DNA of 64,000 nucleotides from the human T2T-CHM13v2.0 reference genome, Homo sapiens. The notes below the pieces were generated by a model. It was not told the origin of the DNA, searched no databases, and saw only the letters and a program-made list of their open reading frames with translations. Location: assembly GCF_009914755.1 (NCBI RefSeq), contig NC_060929.1. One strand, written 5' to 3'. Position 1 is the first letter of the stretch. Each line of letters begins with the position of its first letter. Shown here one piece after another: positions 42,101 to 56,279 of this stretch. The position numbers and the translations under genes were made by a program.

Positions 42101-42814
42101 TATAATTGTATCTGGGCAGCATGCTAAAAATAACAGCATACTAGTATATATTTCTGAGTGTTATGAGTGATTATATAAACATGAGAAAATTTCAGAGAGT
42201 GAAGAGAGATTGGATGTGATGGGCATCGATAAAACCTCTTGGGGATTGATAAGGCAAGGGAAATCATTCCTCGAAGAAAGAGGTAGCTAAATTATCACAC
42301 CGCTTCCTTAATCTGCAGGCAGGTGAGTTTCTTGCTAGCATCAGTGCAGCTTCTTTTTATATTGTCTCAGTTAGCTTCCTCCAATTTCCGTTTAGATTCA
42401 AGCCAAGAAACAAACACTGTGTTAATTGGTGCATTTTCCTGTAGAAACTAATTATAGCCCCATGCTGTCAAAACAAGACAAATTGTTAATGATACTTCAT
42501 CTGACAAAATAGAAATAAAGCTATTTTGCCATAAAGGAGGATGTTGGGATTATGTCACAAGAGCTATTTTAATCACAATTATAAAAGTGAAGAGAATTGC
42601 TGGAGAGGACCCATCCTGGGTGCCTCATGCCCAACTGGCTCTCTGGGTTGAGGGGAGAGGGGAGAATGGGAGAAACGGAGCATCTGGGCTTCAATGTTCC
42701 AGATGAGAGCACTGAAAATGACAGTTCCTATGGCATGTGGTCCGCTCAGGACTCTTCTCTGGCTGTTTCTGTAGATGTACATATAGCCTTCGTGTAAGCT
42801 ATTTGAAAACATTA

Positions 42815-44500
42815 ATTCATTCATTTGTTTAACAAATGTTCACTGAATGTTTATTACATGGCAGGCACTGTTCTCAGTGCTGGGATCACAGCAAGTGACA
42901 AAACAGAAAAAAACTAAAGCAAAGCAAAACAAAACAAAAACAACAAAAACCCTGCCCTTATGGAGCTTACATTCTATTAACAAAATAGGCAATCGATAAA
43001 TAAGGAAGACATACAGGTCAGATGACAACAAAGTTCATAGAGAAACAGAAGTGGAAATGTTGAATAAGGAGCGTGGGGATACTAAATAGGGTGGTTAGAA
43101 TGGAACTCACCAAGAGGGTGGTGTTGGGCAAAGACCTGATGGAGTTAAGGGAAACCCTTTAAGTCCCTGGGAAAGGAGAAAATTTAGCAGAGCCGAAGCT
43201 GACATTCATCCAGGAAGGTTCATAAGGCCAAGTGAGTTGCTAAAATATTGAGGTATGTCAGCACTATTTGGTACAGCCCATTCCCCAGGCAGCAGACAAC
43301 TAAAGGACGGACTCCTTAAACAGCAAAAGGCCCCCAGAACTCATTCTGATTGACCTGTGCCTGAGTGGTAACTGGTGGTTAAATAGCCTTTGGACCAAAG
43401 AACAGCAAGTGCAAAGAACCTGAGGCAGAGCACCTGGGTGTTTGAGACCTGGAGGCAAAAAGATGGGCGGCTGGAGCAAGTGAATGATGGGGGTAGCAGG
43501 TGGGGAGACAGATGAGAGTTTGGGAGTGGCAGAGTCTACAGAACCTATTGGAACCACAATGGATAAGAAGCCATTGGAGGGCTCCAAACTGAGGAGGGAC
43601 ATGATCTTATTTACATTTACACTTTTAAAAGATCCCCGGATGTTATGTTGAGAACACACTTAGGAAACGCAGGTGGAGAAAGAGGGTCGGTCTAGTTAAA
43701 GAGGCTACCGCCATTATCCAGGCACAATGTGATGGTGGCCGAATTAGTTTCCAAGGGCCGCTGTAACAAATTACCACAAACTCGGTAGCTTAAACAACAA
43801 ACATTTATGCTTTCACAGTTTAGAGGATAGATTCAAAATCAAGGTGTCAGCAGCACTGTGCTGCCTCTGATGGCTCTAGAAAAGAACCCTTCCTTGCCTT
43901 TCCCAGCTTACCTCGTGGCAGCATCACTCTCATTTCTGCTTTTGCCTTCACATTGCTGTCCTCCTTGTGTCTGTGTCTCTATATCCAAATCTCCCTCTCC
44001 TTTCTCTTATAAAGATGCCAGTCATGGATTTAGGGACCACCCTAATCCAGTATGACCTCATCTTAACTTGATGACCTATGCAAAACTGTACCTCCAAGTA
44101 AGTCACACTTGCAGGTACCAGAGATTAGAACCTGAGTATGTCTTTTGTGGGGACACAATTCGACCTATTCTAGTGACTTAGACAAGGGTAGCAGCAGTGG
44201 TTATGGAAAGATGTGTTCTATTTCTCAACTCATTTCAAAGATAGAGCAGTAAGATTATCTGAAAGGTTAGATGTGGGTTACGAGAGAAAAATAGACGTTA
44301 AGGTTGGCTTTCAGGTTTTTGTTCTGTGTGCCTGGAAGGATGAAATAGCTATCAACTAAAATGGGGAAGAGTTGTGGGATTTGTGGGGTGGTGGTGGTGG
44401 TGAGCAGGTTTAGGGCAGAGATCAGGGGCTCAGTCCTGAATAAATTAAGTTGTGATGTCCATTAGATACCAAAGTAGAGGATGAACAAGCAGTTAGATTC
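42815..44500 (-). mobile_element. L2a, interrupted by an MLT1 LTR
   Basis: ttcattcatttgtttaacaaatgttcactgaatg...ggcaggcactgttc; resumes at about 44175. Confidence 0.8.
43742..44172 (-). mobile_element. MaLR LTR (MLT1C-like)
   Basis: ttagtttccaagggccgctgtaacaaattaccacaaact...ggggacacaattc. Confidence 0.88.
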
Positions 44501-45041
44501 TGCTTTGTAATTTTTATATATCTCTTATAACCTGTCTAAGATGGGGCATGACAGATATCTTGATAAGTGGTGGACAGATGAACAAATGAATGAATGGATG
44601 GATGAATGACTACAAGTAGAGAAAAACACAGTTAAAAGATATATTTTTTTAGGATGAAAATGGTACCTATTAAATATAGAAACTAACATTTGTATACCCT
44701 TTACAATTTGCAAATTGCTTTTCACATGCCTTATTTTAACTATATTCTTTAAATAAATGATCTATAAATGTTATAACTGTATCTATTCTACAGTGAGAAA
44801 ACTGAGAATTAGAGAAGTGAAATTACTTAAGCAAGCTCACCCAGAGAGAAAAAGGAAGAATAGGACTTCAACCCCAAGCAATTTTTACCACACAGAGTTT
44901 TCAGGGATGTATATTCTGATTGGGAGACTGGTAGACCCATTCCCACTGATATTCAGAAATTTCTTACGTCAGACTACGCATAAGAAAATTAACTTACGTT
45001 GTGGCAAGTAGACTTCAGGTTACACTTTTTTTAACTGCCAG

Positions 45042-45043
45042 TT

Positions 45044-45101
<58 letters not shown>

Positions 45102-45199
45102 TTCCTTCCTTCCTTCCCTCCTTCCTTCCTTCCTTCCTTCCCTCCCTCCCTCCTTTCTTCCTTCCTTCCTTTCTTTCTTTCTCTTTCTTTCTTTCTTTC

Positions 45200-45251
<52 letters not shown>

Positions 45252-45307
45252 TTTCCTTCCCTTCCTTCCTCCCTCCCTCCCTCCCTCCCTCCCTCCCTCC
45301 CTCCCTC

Positions 45308-45402
<95 letters not shown>

Positions 45403-45406
45403 TTCT
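45042..45406. repeat. Compound (TTTC)n/(TTCC)n/(CCCT)n homopyrimidine tract derived from the Alu tail
   Basis: About 365 nt of pure C/T lying between the TSD and the Alu 3' end. Confidence 0.97.
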
Positions 45407-45690
45407 ATGAGACTGAGTCTGGCTCTGTCGCCCAGGCTGGAGTGCAGTGGCGCAATCTTGGCTCACTACAAGCTCTGCCTCCCAGGTTCATGCCATTCTC
45501 CTGTCTCAGCCTTCCAAGTAGCTGGGACTATAGGCACCTGCCACTACGCCTGGCTAATTTTTTGTATTTTTATTAGAGACGGGGGTTTCACCACGTTAGC
45601 CAGGATGGTCTTGATTTCCTGACCTCCTGATCCACCCGCCTCTGCCTCCCAAAGTGCTGGGATTACAGGCATGAGCCACCGCGCCCAGCC
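45407..45690 (-). mobile_element. AluY-like element
   Basis: caagctctgcctcccaggttcatgccattctc and ttagccaggatggtc diagnostics; TSD aactgccagt(t/c)tctttc at 45033-45049 and 45691-45707. Confidence 0.95.
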
Positions 45691-45897
45691 AACTGCCAGT
45701 CTCTTTCAACTTGATAGGTGACAAAGTTTGGAAGCAACTTTCTTAATTACATAGACTTTACATATCTTTTGTAAAAATGCTAGACATGCTGTGCTTCTAC
45801 TCTGACAGTCAGTAAAACAGTGCTGATTGGAGCCCTTGTCTACGACAAAAAAATAAATGTTCCTGCTTCTTCTTAGCAAATAGAATCATGGCCTGGA

Positions 45898-45998
45898 CAG
45901 GAGAATGGCGTGAACCCGGGAAGCGGAGCTTGCAGTGAGCCGAGATTGCGCCACTGCAGTCCGCAGTCCGACCTGGGCGACAGAGCGAGACTCCGTCT

Positions 45999-46048
<50 letters not shown>

Positions 46049-46053
46049 AAAAA
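45898..46053 (+). mobile_element. 5'-truncated AluYb8/Yb9
   Basis: gggaagcggagc, gattgcgccactgcagtccgcagtccg 7-bp duplication; about 54-nt A tail; perfect TSD agaatcatggcctgga at 45882-45897 and 46054-46069. Confidence 0.96.
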
Positions 46054-46199
46054 AGAATCATGGCCTGGAAATCGAGAAATTTGCATTTTTAGCTTCTGCT
46101 GTCTCGCCAACCATTTGTGAGACACAGAGTGAACCACAGTTGCTCTGGGTCACAGATTTGGCAAAAATAAACTGAGAGGTTTAGCCTGGATAGTCTCAC

Positions 46200-46460
46200 G
46201 GCAGCACACATGGTGGTTTAGACTGAGCATGGGCTCCGAAGTCAGACATAGTTGGATTCTAATCCCACTCACTCTACCACATACTAGTTACATTACCTTG
46301 GACAATAACCATCTATCTTCAACTTTCATTTCTTCACCAGTAAAATGAAAATGACATCTATTTTACAGCATTTTTGTATGGATTAAATGAGATAATGTAC
46401 ATAAAAGCACTTAGCACAGTTCTTGGCAAATTGTAAGAGGTCAATCTAGTTAACTATTAG
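46200..46460 (+). mobile_element. Near-complete MIR
   Basis: gaagtcagac...accttggac...gattaaatgagataatgtacataaaagcacttagcacag. Confidence 0.85.
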
Positions 46461-47150
46461 TGTCACCAACAGAATATTTTGCATCTTTGCTTTTTAGAAA
46501 GTGCATGGTACCTATAACACAGGTGGAAATCAGGTAATGCAGCTGAAAGTATGAAATCAAAGACACGATGCCTACTTTCTCTAATTCACTGACTCACTTG
46601 TGATCTGTACTTTTCTGCTTTTGTCTTTGTTTACTGATATTTAAAATAGGCATCCACTTTCTGCTTCCCTTATAATCATGCAGTATGATTAAAAACTTTT
46701 AATATTATTTGCAAGTCTTCTTTCCCCAATATTGAAAACTCTTTAATCTTTTCATTGGAAGGAAATAAATATCAAAAATTAAATGTTAAGCAAGGCAAAT
46801 GTAGCATCAGAAAATAAGCAAAGCTATTTCCAGCAATGAAACTTTAGTTGTAACTAACATCGGCTTCAGAAAACAAAGGCTATTTCCAGTAGCATACAAA
46901 TACAGATGTCCTAGGTGACACTTTAATTTCTCCTGTAATGAATAACACTATTGCTAAGAAAAGAAAGGAAATTTTCTTAACTGAGTGGAAATCAGGAAGA
47001 GAACATCAAACACGTGAGATATAGTTAGGCTGACACCTAATCCCTGAACTGCCTACTGATGTATTGATGATCCAGGGTTAGAGGTTTCCCAGCAGTGGGT
47101 AACTACAAAGGAATGTGTGTGCTGCTCTCCATTATTTAGACAAATAAATG

Positions 47151-47407
47151 ACAAGTTAAACATCTTTAATTTGAAATTTCAAAATTCAAAATACACCAAA
47201 ATCTCAAACATTTTGAGCACCGACATGATGCCATAAGTGAAAAATTCCATACAACACAAACTTTGTTTTATCCACAAAACTATGAAAAATATTGTACAAA
47301 ATTACCTTCAGGCTATGTGTATAAAATGTATATGAAATATAAATAAATGTAGTGTTTAGACTTTGGTCCCATCCCCAAGATGGCTCATTTTATATAATAT
47401 ATATCTA

Positions 47408-47463
<56 letters not shown>

Positions 47464-47472
47464 ATCTATCTA

Positions 47473-47529
<57 letters not shown>

Positions 47530-47612
47530 CCAAATAGTCCAAAATTCAAAAAAATCGAAAATCTGAAACACTTCTGGTCCCGAGCATTTTGGAGAAGGGG
47601 TACTCAGCCTAT
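47151..47612. mobile_element. Tigger4/MER46-type DNA transposon MITE
   Basis: ttttgagcaccgacatgatg...aaaatctgaaacacttctggtcccgagcattttgga...tactcagcct. Confidence 0.85.
47398..47529. repeat. (TATC)n tetranucleotide microsatellite
   Basis: Two TATC blocks separated by an interruption. Confidence 0.97.
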
Positions 47613-49099
47613 TTGGGTTTTTGGTTCCTTTTGAGATGGTCTACATCTCATAATTAGGTGAATGTGTTATGTTTACATTGTTTTGGAGTTGGGCCTCAAT
47701 CAATGTTTGTTGGGTTAGCTAATAAAACTAATCCAGTTCATTCGCATTCTGTGCTTTATTTAAATTGCCAATAAAGCATCACCATTGTCTGCCCTCTATC
47801 AGAGCTGCTCATGCATGGGCTGTTTTATATTCATATTGGAGAATGCAGCAGACAAGGCTTAGTTATCTTGAAATCCCAAGTACCTTGCAGATAGTGGGAA
47901 CCCAATACATATTTCTGCAATTGCATGAGATCAAATGGCTTTTAAACCCCTTCAGAATGACTCTAGGGGCAGTGGAAACCTAACCTTTCCTTCTGCTATC
48001 ACAAGCTGATCCATAAAGAGCCTCTCTGTGCTACCTTGTTATTACTCATCCAGAGATTTTCAGAGCTTTGTTCTCTGCAAGGCAGGCCAGTGGATGTGTG
48101 GATGACCCAGGAATGTTTGCTGCCCTCAAGGAACTCATTGTCTCATGTCAAAGAATTGATACTCAAGAAAAAAACAGGAGATGGAGTAAAAATGTGATAA
48201 TGTGGCAGCAAAAAGGTAACTGCAAGAGCTAGAGGAGACTAAGGCAAGTCGTCATTTTTAAAAAAGTATTACATTTTGTATTGACCTATTAAAAGATAAA
48301 CAGATGAGATTTTCACTTATGAAAAGTGTATGACCTTCAGTTCCTGATGCAACTTTACTGACTCCCTACTTCGATGGTACCTAAGAAGACAGAAAAAGAT
48401 GAAAACTAGCCACAATGAAAACTAATATTGAAGTAAAGCCCATGCAGGAATCTAGGATCATTTACCACTGTATCCAAGATCAATGGAGCTGCTTTAGGAA
48501 ACTCAATTAAGAAAATCTATATCCACACTTTACCTCCTAAAGCAGGTTTCTCAACTATGGATAGATGGTGGAAAAAAAATGTCATTCCATCACTGCCTAT
48601 CATATGATTCAAAGACCCTGAATCTTCACTAAATAGAAAACTGGTGAGCTTTTAATGCATAACTACTTTTGAAGATCCTCTTTGCCCCCATATCTCTATA
48701 TCCATATGAATAAAATATCTGACTGGAAAGGGATGGTTGGGACTGACTGTCACATTGCATCGTGGGAAATATGGCTCCCACAAAGGTAGGAAAACCCTGG
48801 GAACAATGCATGCTAGGAACTATGGTTTTCCAAATACTGCATTAGTTTAGAATATCAAAAATTTGGCAGTTCATGTGGGTGCATATGTTAATCCCATATA
48901 ACAGAGCCACACTATATGCATAGCTAGTTGATACTGAGAACTGAGCTGCAAGTTAGAAACAACCACTAGAAGAATTTAGAAGAGAATTTGATCATCATTC
49001 AAAAGGATAATGATAGACAAGGGAGATCTATACAACCTGTTTATGGACATATACCAGGTTCCCAAAGATCTCTTTTTGCTTAGAGGATGAGTATAGAGG

Positions 49100-50187
49100 A
49101 CCTAAAACCCACCAAGGGGACCATGAAGAAATACTACAGAATGACAGAAAGCAAAAATCATCCTAAAGTTTTGGAAAAACAGATTTCTGAAAAAGATTTT
49201 ATGTAGAACTTAGAAAAAAATTTTAGAATATTATGTGACATCATTAATAGGATGCTAGAGGGTATGCTGTTAATGAAACAGGAGCAGAAAGTTATCAAGA
49301 GAATAAACCAAGATGAAAACAGGATGAAGTAAAAAGATAGTGAGCCGAGATGAAAAGGAAGCTGGATAATATAATTAAGAGTTGCAAGGAGACTAAAATT
49401 ATAATAAGGTAATCAAAATTTTTACTGGAGACAGAAGAAAAGGCTTGTCTGTTCAGTATAAGAGTTGAATCACTAGGGTGAAGAACTCTCTTGGAAATAC
49501 TCTGAGGATACAAGAGAAAAATATAAAGAGATAAAAGGATGAAAGAAAAGGTGGTATATAGGGAGAAGGAGGAGTTACAGAAATTCTTAAGGAGCAAGCT
49601 AGAACAATTGGAGCTGTGCATGAGGGTAAAAAATAATTTTGGGTGAAGGAAAAATGTTATAGGTGAGAGAAGAATGGATCAACATAATAGAAAATAATGG
49701 GTAATAGCAATAAGAAAGAGTTATTGGGCATTTACTATGTGGGCATTTGTCTAAATATTTTATTCATTAACACTCATAACCTTAGAAAATTATGATCTTC
49801 ACTTTACAAATAAGGAAATTGACTCATGGAAAGCTTAGGTAACTTGCCTAAGGTCAAAGAAGCAAATAGCAGAGCGGGGACTCATTGCTAGGTAGTCTGG
49901 CTTCAGGCCAATGCTCTTAACCACCACCTTAGAATCATGAAAAAAGGACACATGTAGATAATATCAGCAAACATTTTAGTTACTCAGATGAAAAAAATCC
50001 AACAAAAATACTCAGGCAAAAATAAACAAAAACAAACAAAAGCAAGTCATTTACAAAATAACTAAAATTAAGCTGACCTAGCATTGCTGAAGTTTCAGGG
50101 AAAACAACTACACACAGCAAATCAGTTTGTAGTATTTGACACCTAGGAATTGCATTTCTAAGATTCCAGCTTAAGAAAATAGTCAAT

Positions 50188-50190
<3 letters not shown>
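49100..50190 (+). mobile_element. Ancient L1 ORF1-like/HAL1-like relic, interrupted by a MIR at about 49700-49930
   Basis: A/G-rich ORF1-like composition, caagtcatttacaaa; MIR core tttacaaataaggaaattga...aacttgcctaaggtca. Confidence 0.45.
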
Positions 50191-50222
<32 letters not shown>

Positions 50223-50320
50223 CTATATGCATATATATCTCATAAATACACATATACATATATACACATATATGTATATATGTATTTACACATATATATG
50301 ATGTCTGTTATATATACATA
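50188..50320. repeat. (TA)n/(TG)n/(TACA)n simple repeat
   Basis: Direct observation. Confidence 0.9.
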
Positions 50321-50690
50321 GATACAACTTATGTAAAAATGGTATTTATCACTGTGATTTGTAATAGCAAAACTCCAGTGAGAAATACCATATAGATTTA
50401 CATATAAAATATATAGTTAATAAATTATTATTGTTATATATAGTGAAATTATTATATAGTCATTTAAATTACGTTTTGGAAGACTTTTAATGACATGCAG
50501 AAAGTTCCCTGGTAACATGTTAAGACAGACACTTCATATAATTTGATCCCAATTTATATGATAAAAATATGTATTAGCAGTAGTTATTTCTGAGTGGTAA
50601 TTTCAGGTGAATTTTTGTTTTACTCCCAAATTTTTCTGAATTTTATAAATTTTATTTAATAATGGTGAATAGCATTAAAATAGAAAAAAA
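50320..50690 (+). mobile_element. Old L1M 3' fragment
   Basis: tttgtaatagcaaaac...ttagcagtagttatttctgagtggt. Confidence 0.55.
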
Positions 50691-50999
50691 AACAGTCTTT
50701 GTAAAAGATCAACAGCTAATGCTATCCTTACTAAGTAAGGAGAAGGCCCATGGTGATCAGTCAAGAACCTTTGACCCAGGAGGCTAAACACAGCTCTGCC
50801 CTCATTAGGTGGAGAAGCTTATGTCTGGTCCTTAATCTACATGGAGCTTCCACTCCTGAAAAATGGTTTCTCCTTCTGGGAAAATGGGAACTACTATCTT
50901 TTTCACTGTGGATTTTTCCCCTTCAAATAATCCAGTGAAAATAATATGAAAGTTATTTGTAATTTGTCAGCTCTATGCATGTGAAGCACTATATTTAGA

Positions 51000-51530
51000 A
51001 GATATTTGTCATTATTTGGGGAATTCCAGCACCCTCTGAACACACTGCCTGTGTTTAAAGAGTTTCTCACCTTCTGAATCTGCATTTCTCAAAGACAGAC
51101 AGTGGAAATTCACTTTCTAAACATCTCTTACAGTAGGACCACAGGCAAGTGACCTAGGCTTGGTCAATCAGATGCTCCTATGTGAGACTTGGATTGGAAG
51201 CTAGTGACACAAAGAAGCAGGCACAGAGAGAAATTCCTTCCAGTGAGGCAGCTATGACTGAGGAGGCCAGCTTCCAGGCACAGCAGAGTGGGAGGGTCTA
51301 GGTAGGGCCTGTCAGCAAAACAGGTGACTAAGAATGTGCCTGACAATTAGAACAGTGAAGTGTCCGCTACAGTGGTCAAAAGCTTAATGGGGACTTTCTT
51401 TCCTCTTTATGTAGTCTCCATGCCCATGAATTACCCAACAATCTTAAATAAATACATCATTTTTTCTATTTAATAAATTAGTTAGAGTGGATTCTGTTGA
51501 TTAGAGCTGAAAACCTGACTCAGACATAGG
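51000..51530 (+). mobile_element. ERVL LTR (LTR33/LTR16-like) relic
   Basis: ggcaagtgacctaggcttggtcaatcagatgc...agagtggattctgttg. Confidence 0.55.
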
Positions 51531-52813
51531 CCTTGGTCCCAGCAAATCTGGATTTGAGTTCTGCTTCAGCTCCCTATCAACAGAGTCACAAGTTCTTTCT
51601 AGGCCTCAGTTTCTGCATACAGCATCTTATTTAATGACCACAATAACCCTATAATCTTGGATCTGTCTTCTCCACTCATACTCAACTGAGACAATCCAAG
51701 CGCTTTACTTATTCTCAATTTAAAGTCATACTTACTAGCCTAACTGCCTCCCCTTCCATTTGCAAAAATGTGCAAGTTTACGCCATAGGGTTGCAATAAA
51801 TCAGAATCCTAGAATTTGGGAGCTGAGTAGGATGTAAAAGATCTTCTAGCTCAACCATTCATCTGATATATGGGAATCAATATTGGGAACTTTTATGTTG
51901 ACGATATATTTTCAAGCAACCCAAACAACTGAACTTCTCCTTGGCCTGCCACAAATGTGGAGCAAAAAGTGAAATTAACCAGTTGTTTTGTCTACATGTC
52001 ACCTAGTTTGAGTGCTCCTTTGATAAATGAACTGAAGTGATTAGCAGTAGAGAAGCACACCCCAAACACCCATTCCCAAATATAGTAGACATAACAATCT
52101 TGTGGGTTATTTTCCTAAGAAAAGTTGGGCTGGTACTTTACGTCTGCCCTTGACTGACAAGGTGATACCTGACAGTTTGAACAGAATTGATAAAACCAAG
52201 CTTGGTGATAATACAAACCATATTATCCAGATTGTTCCTAATTGAACCTTTAAGCAGTTTCTCCAAAGTGAATTTTTGGCTAACTTTTCCAGAGTCTAGA
52301 AAGCCTCTACCCCAACTTTTCTTCGTGTATTTGGAAGTATATACTTCTCTGAATTATCCTTTGTGCTGGAAGCATTTCACACTAAGTGTAATACAGAGGC
52401 CCTGTCCCTCTCCTTACTTAAGAATTTTTACTGGGCTCTTATTTTCTGGTTGAAGGCTCCCAAGCAGTGACCACATCTTGCTTTTAGATCACCACGTTTT
52501 TTTCTTATTTCATGAATGTGGGTTGACACGGATGCCTCTTGGCACCATGCAAAGATGCTGACGGCAAAGAAATTTCTTTGCAGATGAAGGCCACAAGCTG
52601 GGCTCAGACTCAGAAACCCTCCAATGTTCAAATTCCGGCATCTGAGGAAGGCTGTTCTCGTCCATTTTTACCGTCTTTGGGGAACTGTACCATTGCTTTG
52701 AGGCAGAAGTTCTGAGGATGGGATTTTTGAATAAGCTCTTGCTATCTAGTGAACTATTGAGTTCCATCTTATGTGTTCTGCTATCTGTAGAAGTACCTTT
52801 GTGTGCTTGCATG

Positions 52814-52842
<29 letters not shown>
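52814..52842. repeat. (AC)n microsatellite
   Basis: Direct observation. Confidence 0.97.
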
Positions 52843-52844
<2 letters not shown>

Positions 52845-52949
52845 ATTAAACTGTTCGTCTGCTGGTCCACAGAAATCCATTGAAATGTAGACAAGTTTGT
52901 TTTCTGTGACCTCTCCCCTCTCCTTCCTGCATTCTGACTTGACCCACAA

Positions 52950-54383
<1,434 letters not shown>

Positions 54384-54624
54384 GTGTCATTAAAATAGTT
54401 TAACTAGCATATATTATACATATTAATCCATTTGCCAATCTTTTGCAGGACAAAGATTAGAGTTTTGGTTTGTCTTTTGATATATTGTTTCATCTCTGAA
54501 TTTTAGTTTTAGTTTCTTTAAAGCAGAGGAAGCTTAAAGATAATCTGAGGGTAGAGTCCTAGATTTTTATAAATTTAAAAAATCTTTTATAGTTATCTTG
54601 CTCATAACAATGGAATGGCAATTT

Positions 54625-55353
54625 ATTTTTTATTTTATTTTTAATTCAATTTAATTTTTTTTTTTTACTTTAAGTTCTGGGATACATGTGCAGAACGTGC
54701 AGGTTTGTTACATATGCATATATGTGCCACGGTGGTTTGCTGCACCTATCAACCTATCATCTAGGTTTTAAGCCCCACATACATTAGGTATTTGTCCTAA
54801 TGCTCTCCCCTCCTTTTCCCCCCACCCCCCAACAGGCCTCGGTGTGTGATGTTCCCTTCCCTGTGTCCATGTATTCTCATTGTCCAACTCCCACTTATGA
54901 GCGAGAACATGTGGTGTTTAGTTTTCTGTTCCTGTGTTAGTTTGCTGAGGATGATAGTTTGCAGCTTCATCCACGTCCCTGCAAAGGACATGAACACATC
55001 CTTTTTTATGGCTGCATAGTATTCCATAATGTATATGTGCCACATTTTCTTTATCCAGTCTGTCATTGATGGGCATTTGGGTTGGTTCCAAGTCTTTGCT
55101 ATTGTAAATAGTGCTGCAATAAACATACGTGTGCATGTATCTTTATAGTAGAATGATTTATAATCCTCTGGGTATATACCCAGGAACAGGATTGCTGGGT
55201 CAGATGGTATTTCTGGTTCTAGATCCTTGAGGAATTGCCGCTGTCTTTCACAGTGTTTGAACTAATTTACACTTCCGCCAACAGTGTAAAGGCATTCCTA
55301 TTTCTCCACATCCTTGCCAGCATCTGCTGTTTCCTGACTTTTTAATGATCACC
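54625..55353 (-). mobile_element. 5'-truncated L1PA7/8-like element
   Basis: ctttaagttctgggatacatgtgcagaacgtgcagg; ORF2 C-terminus MFIAALFTIAKTWNQPKCPS; perfect TSD tggaatggcaattt at 54611-54624 and 55354-55367. Confidence 0.95.
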
Positions 55354-55511
55354 TGGAATGGCAATTTTTAAAAGCAGTTTCTTAAAAGAACAAGTCTTCC
55401 CAAAGCATTCAGCTAAGTTTTCATTAAGAACAACTCTTTTGAACATGATTTCTTCATTTTACGTAATATTTTATTAAATGACACAATTACAATAGACTGT
55501 ATTTGAATAGA

Positions 55512-55888
55512 CTATTAATCTGCTGGGGCTGCTGTAATACAATACCACAAATGGGTGGCTTAAACAACAGAAATTTATTTCTCACAGTTCTGGAGGTGGA
55601 AAGTCCAAGATCAAGGGGTTGGTAGGTTAGATTTTTCCTAGGGCCTCTCTCTGGTTGCAGATGGCCATCTTCTCACTGTGGTGTCACATGGTCATTTCTC
55701 TCTGTGTGCAGTCTCCCTGTCTGTTCCTCTTCTTATAAGAACACTATCCTATTGGCTTAAGCCCCACTTTTGTGATCTAATTTTGCCTTAATTATCTCCT
55801 TAAAAGCCCTGTCTCCAAAGACAGTCACACTGGGGCTTAGAGCTTCAATATATGAATTTGGGGGAGAATATAATTCAGCCTATAACAC
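55512..55888 (-). mobile_element. MaLR LTR (MLT1A0/B-like)
   Basis: ggctgctgtaatacaataccaca...aagtccaagatcaag...aattcagcctataaca. Confidence 0.88.
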
Positions 55889-56279
55889 AGGCACTAGCAG
55901 GTTTGGGGAGGGACAAAATTGCATCTTTGTCCCTTTCACAGATTAAGCTGGTGAACACAGAGTGCATAGCATTTCAGAGTGTGGAATACCAGCCATGGGA
56001 ATCATCAATATGCTCTACAAAAGAAATGGAGAAGAGCAGTTAATCTAGTCTCAGGTTAAGTGGAAATTGATTAAGAGAATTTCAATTATATCTAGTTCAT
56101 CTGCACTATCAACTTCTCCTTCTATGAAATGAGTTGCATCTCTGTACAAATATGGCTTAAAATAATAATTTTTAAAAGATTTTTTTAAATGAAGCCTTTC
56201 TGGTCCTGGTGTTTTCTACCTACTACTATATTTTTTCTTTTCTCTCCTCCCCTCCTCCTAAAAAAAATATAAAAATGCG

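Noticed and set aside
45001-45576. Longest ORF (191 aa) and the antisense 148-aa ORF
   Set aside because: Translation of a stop-free TTTC/TTCC microsatellite plus Alu.
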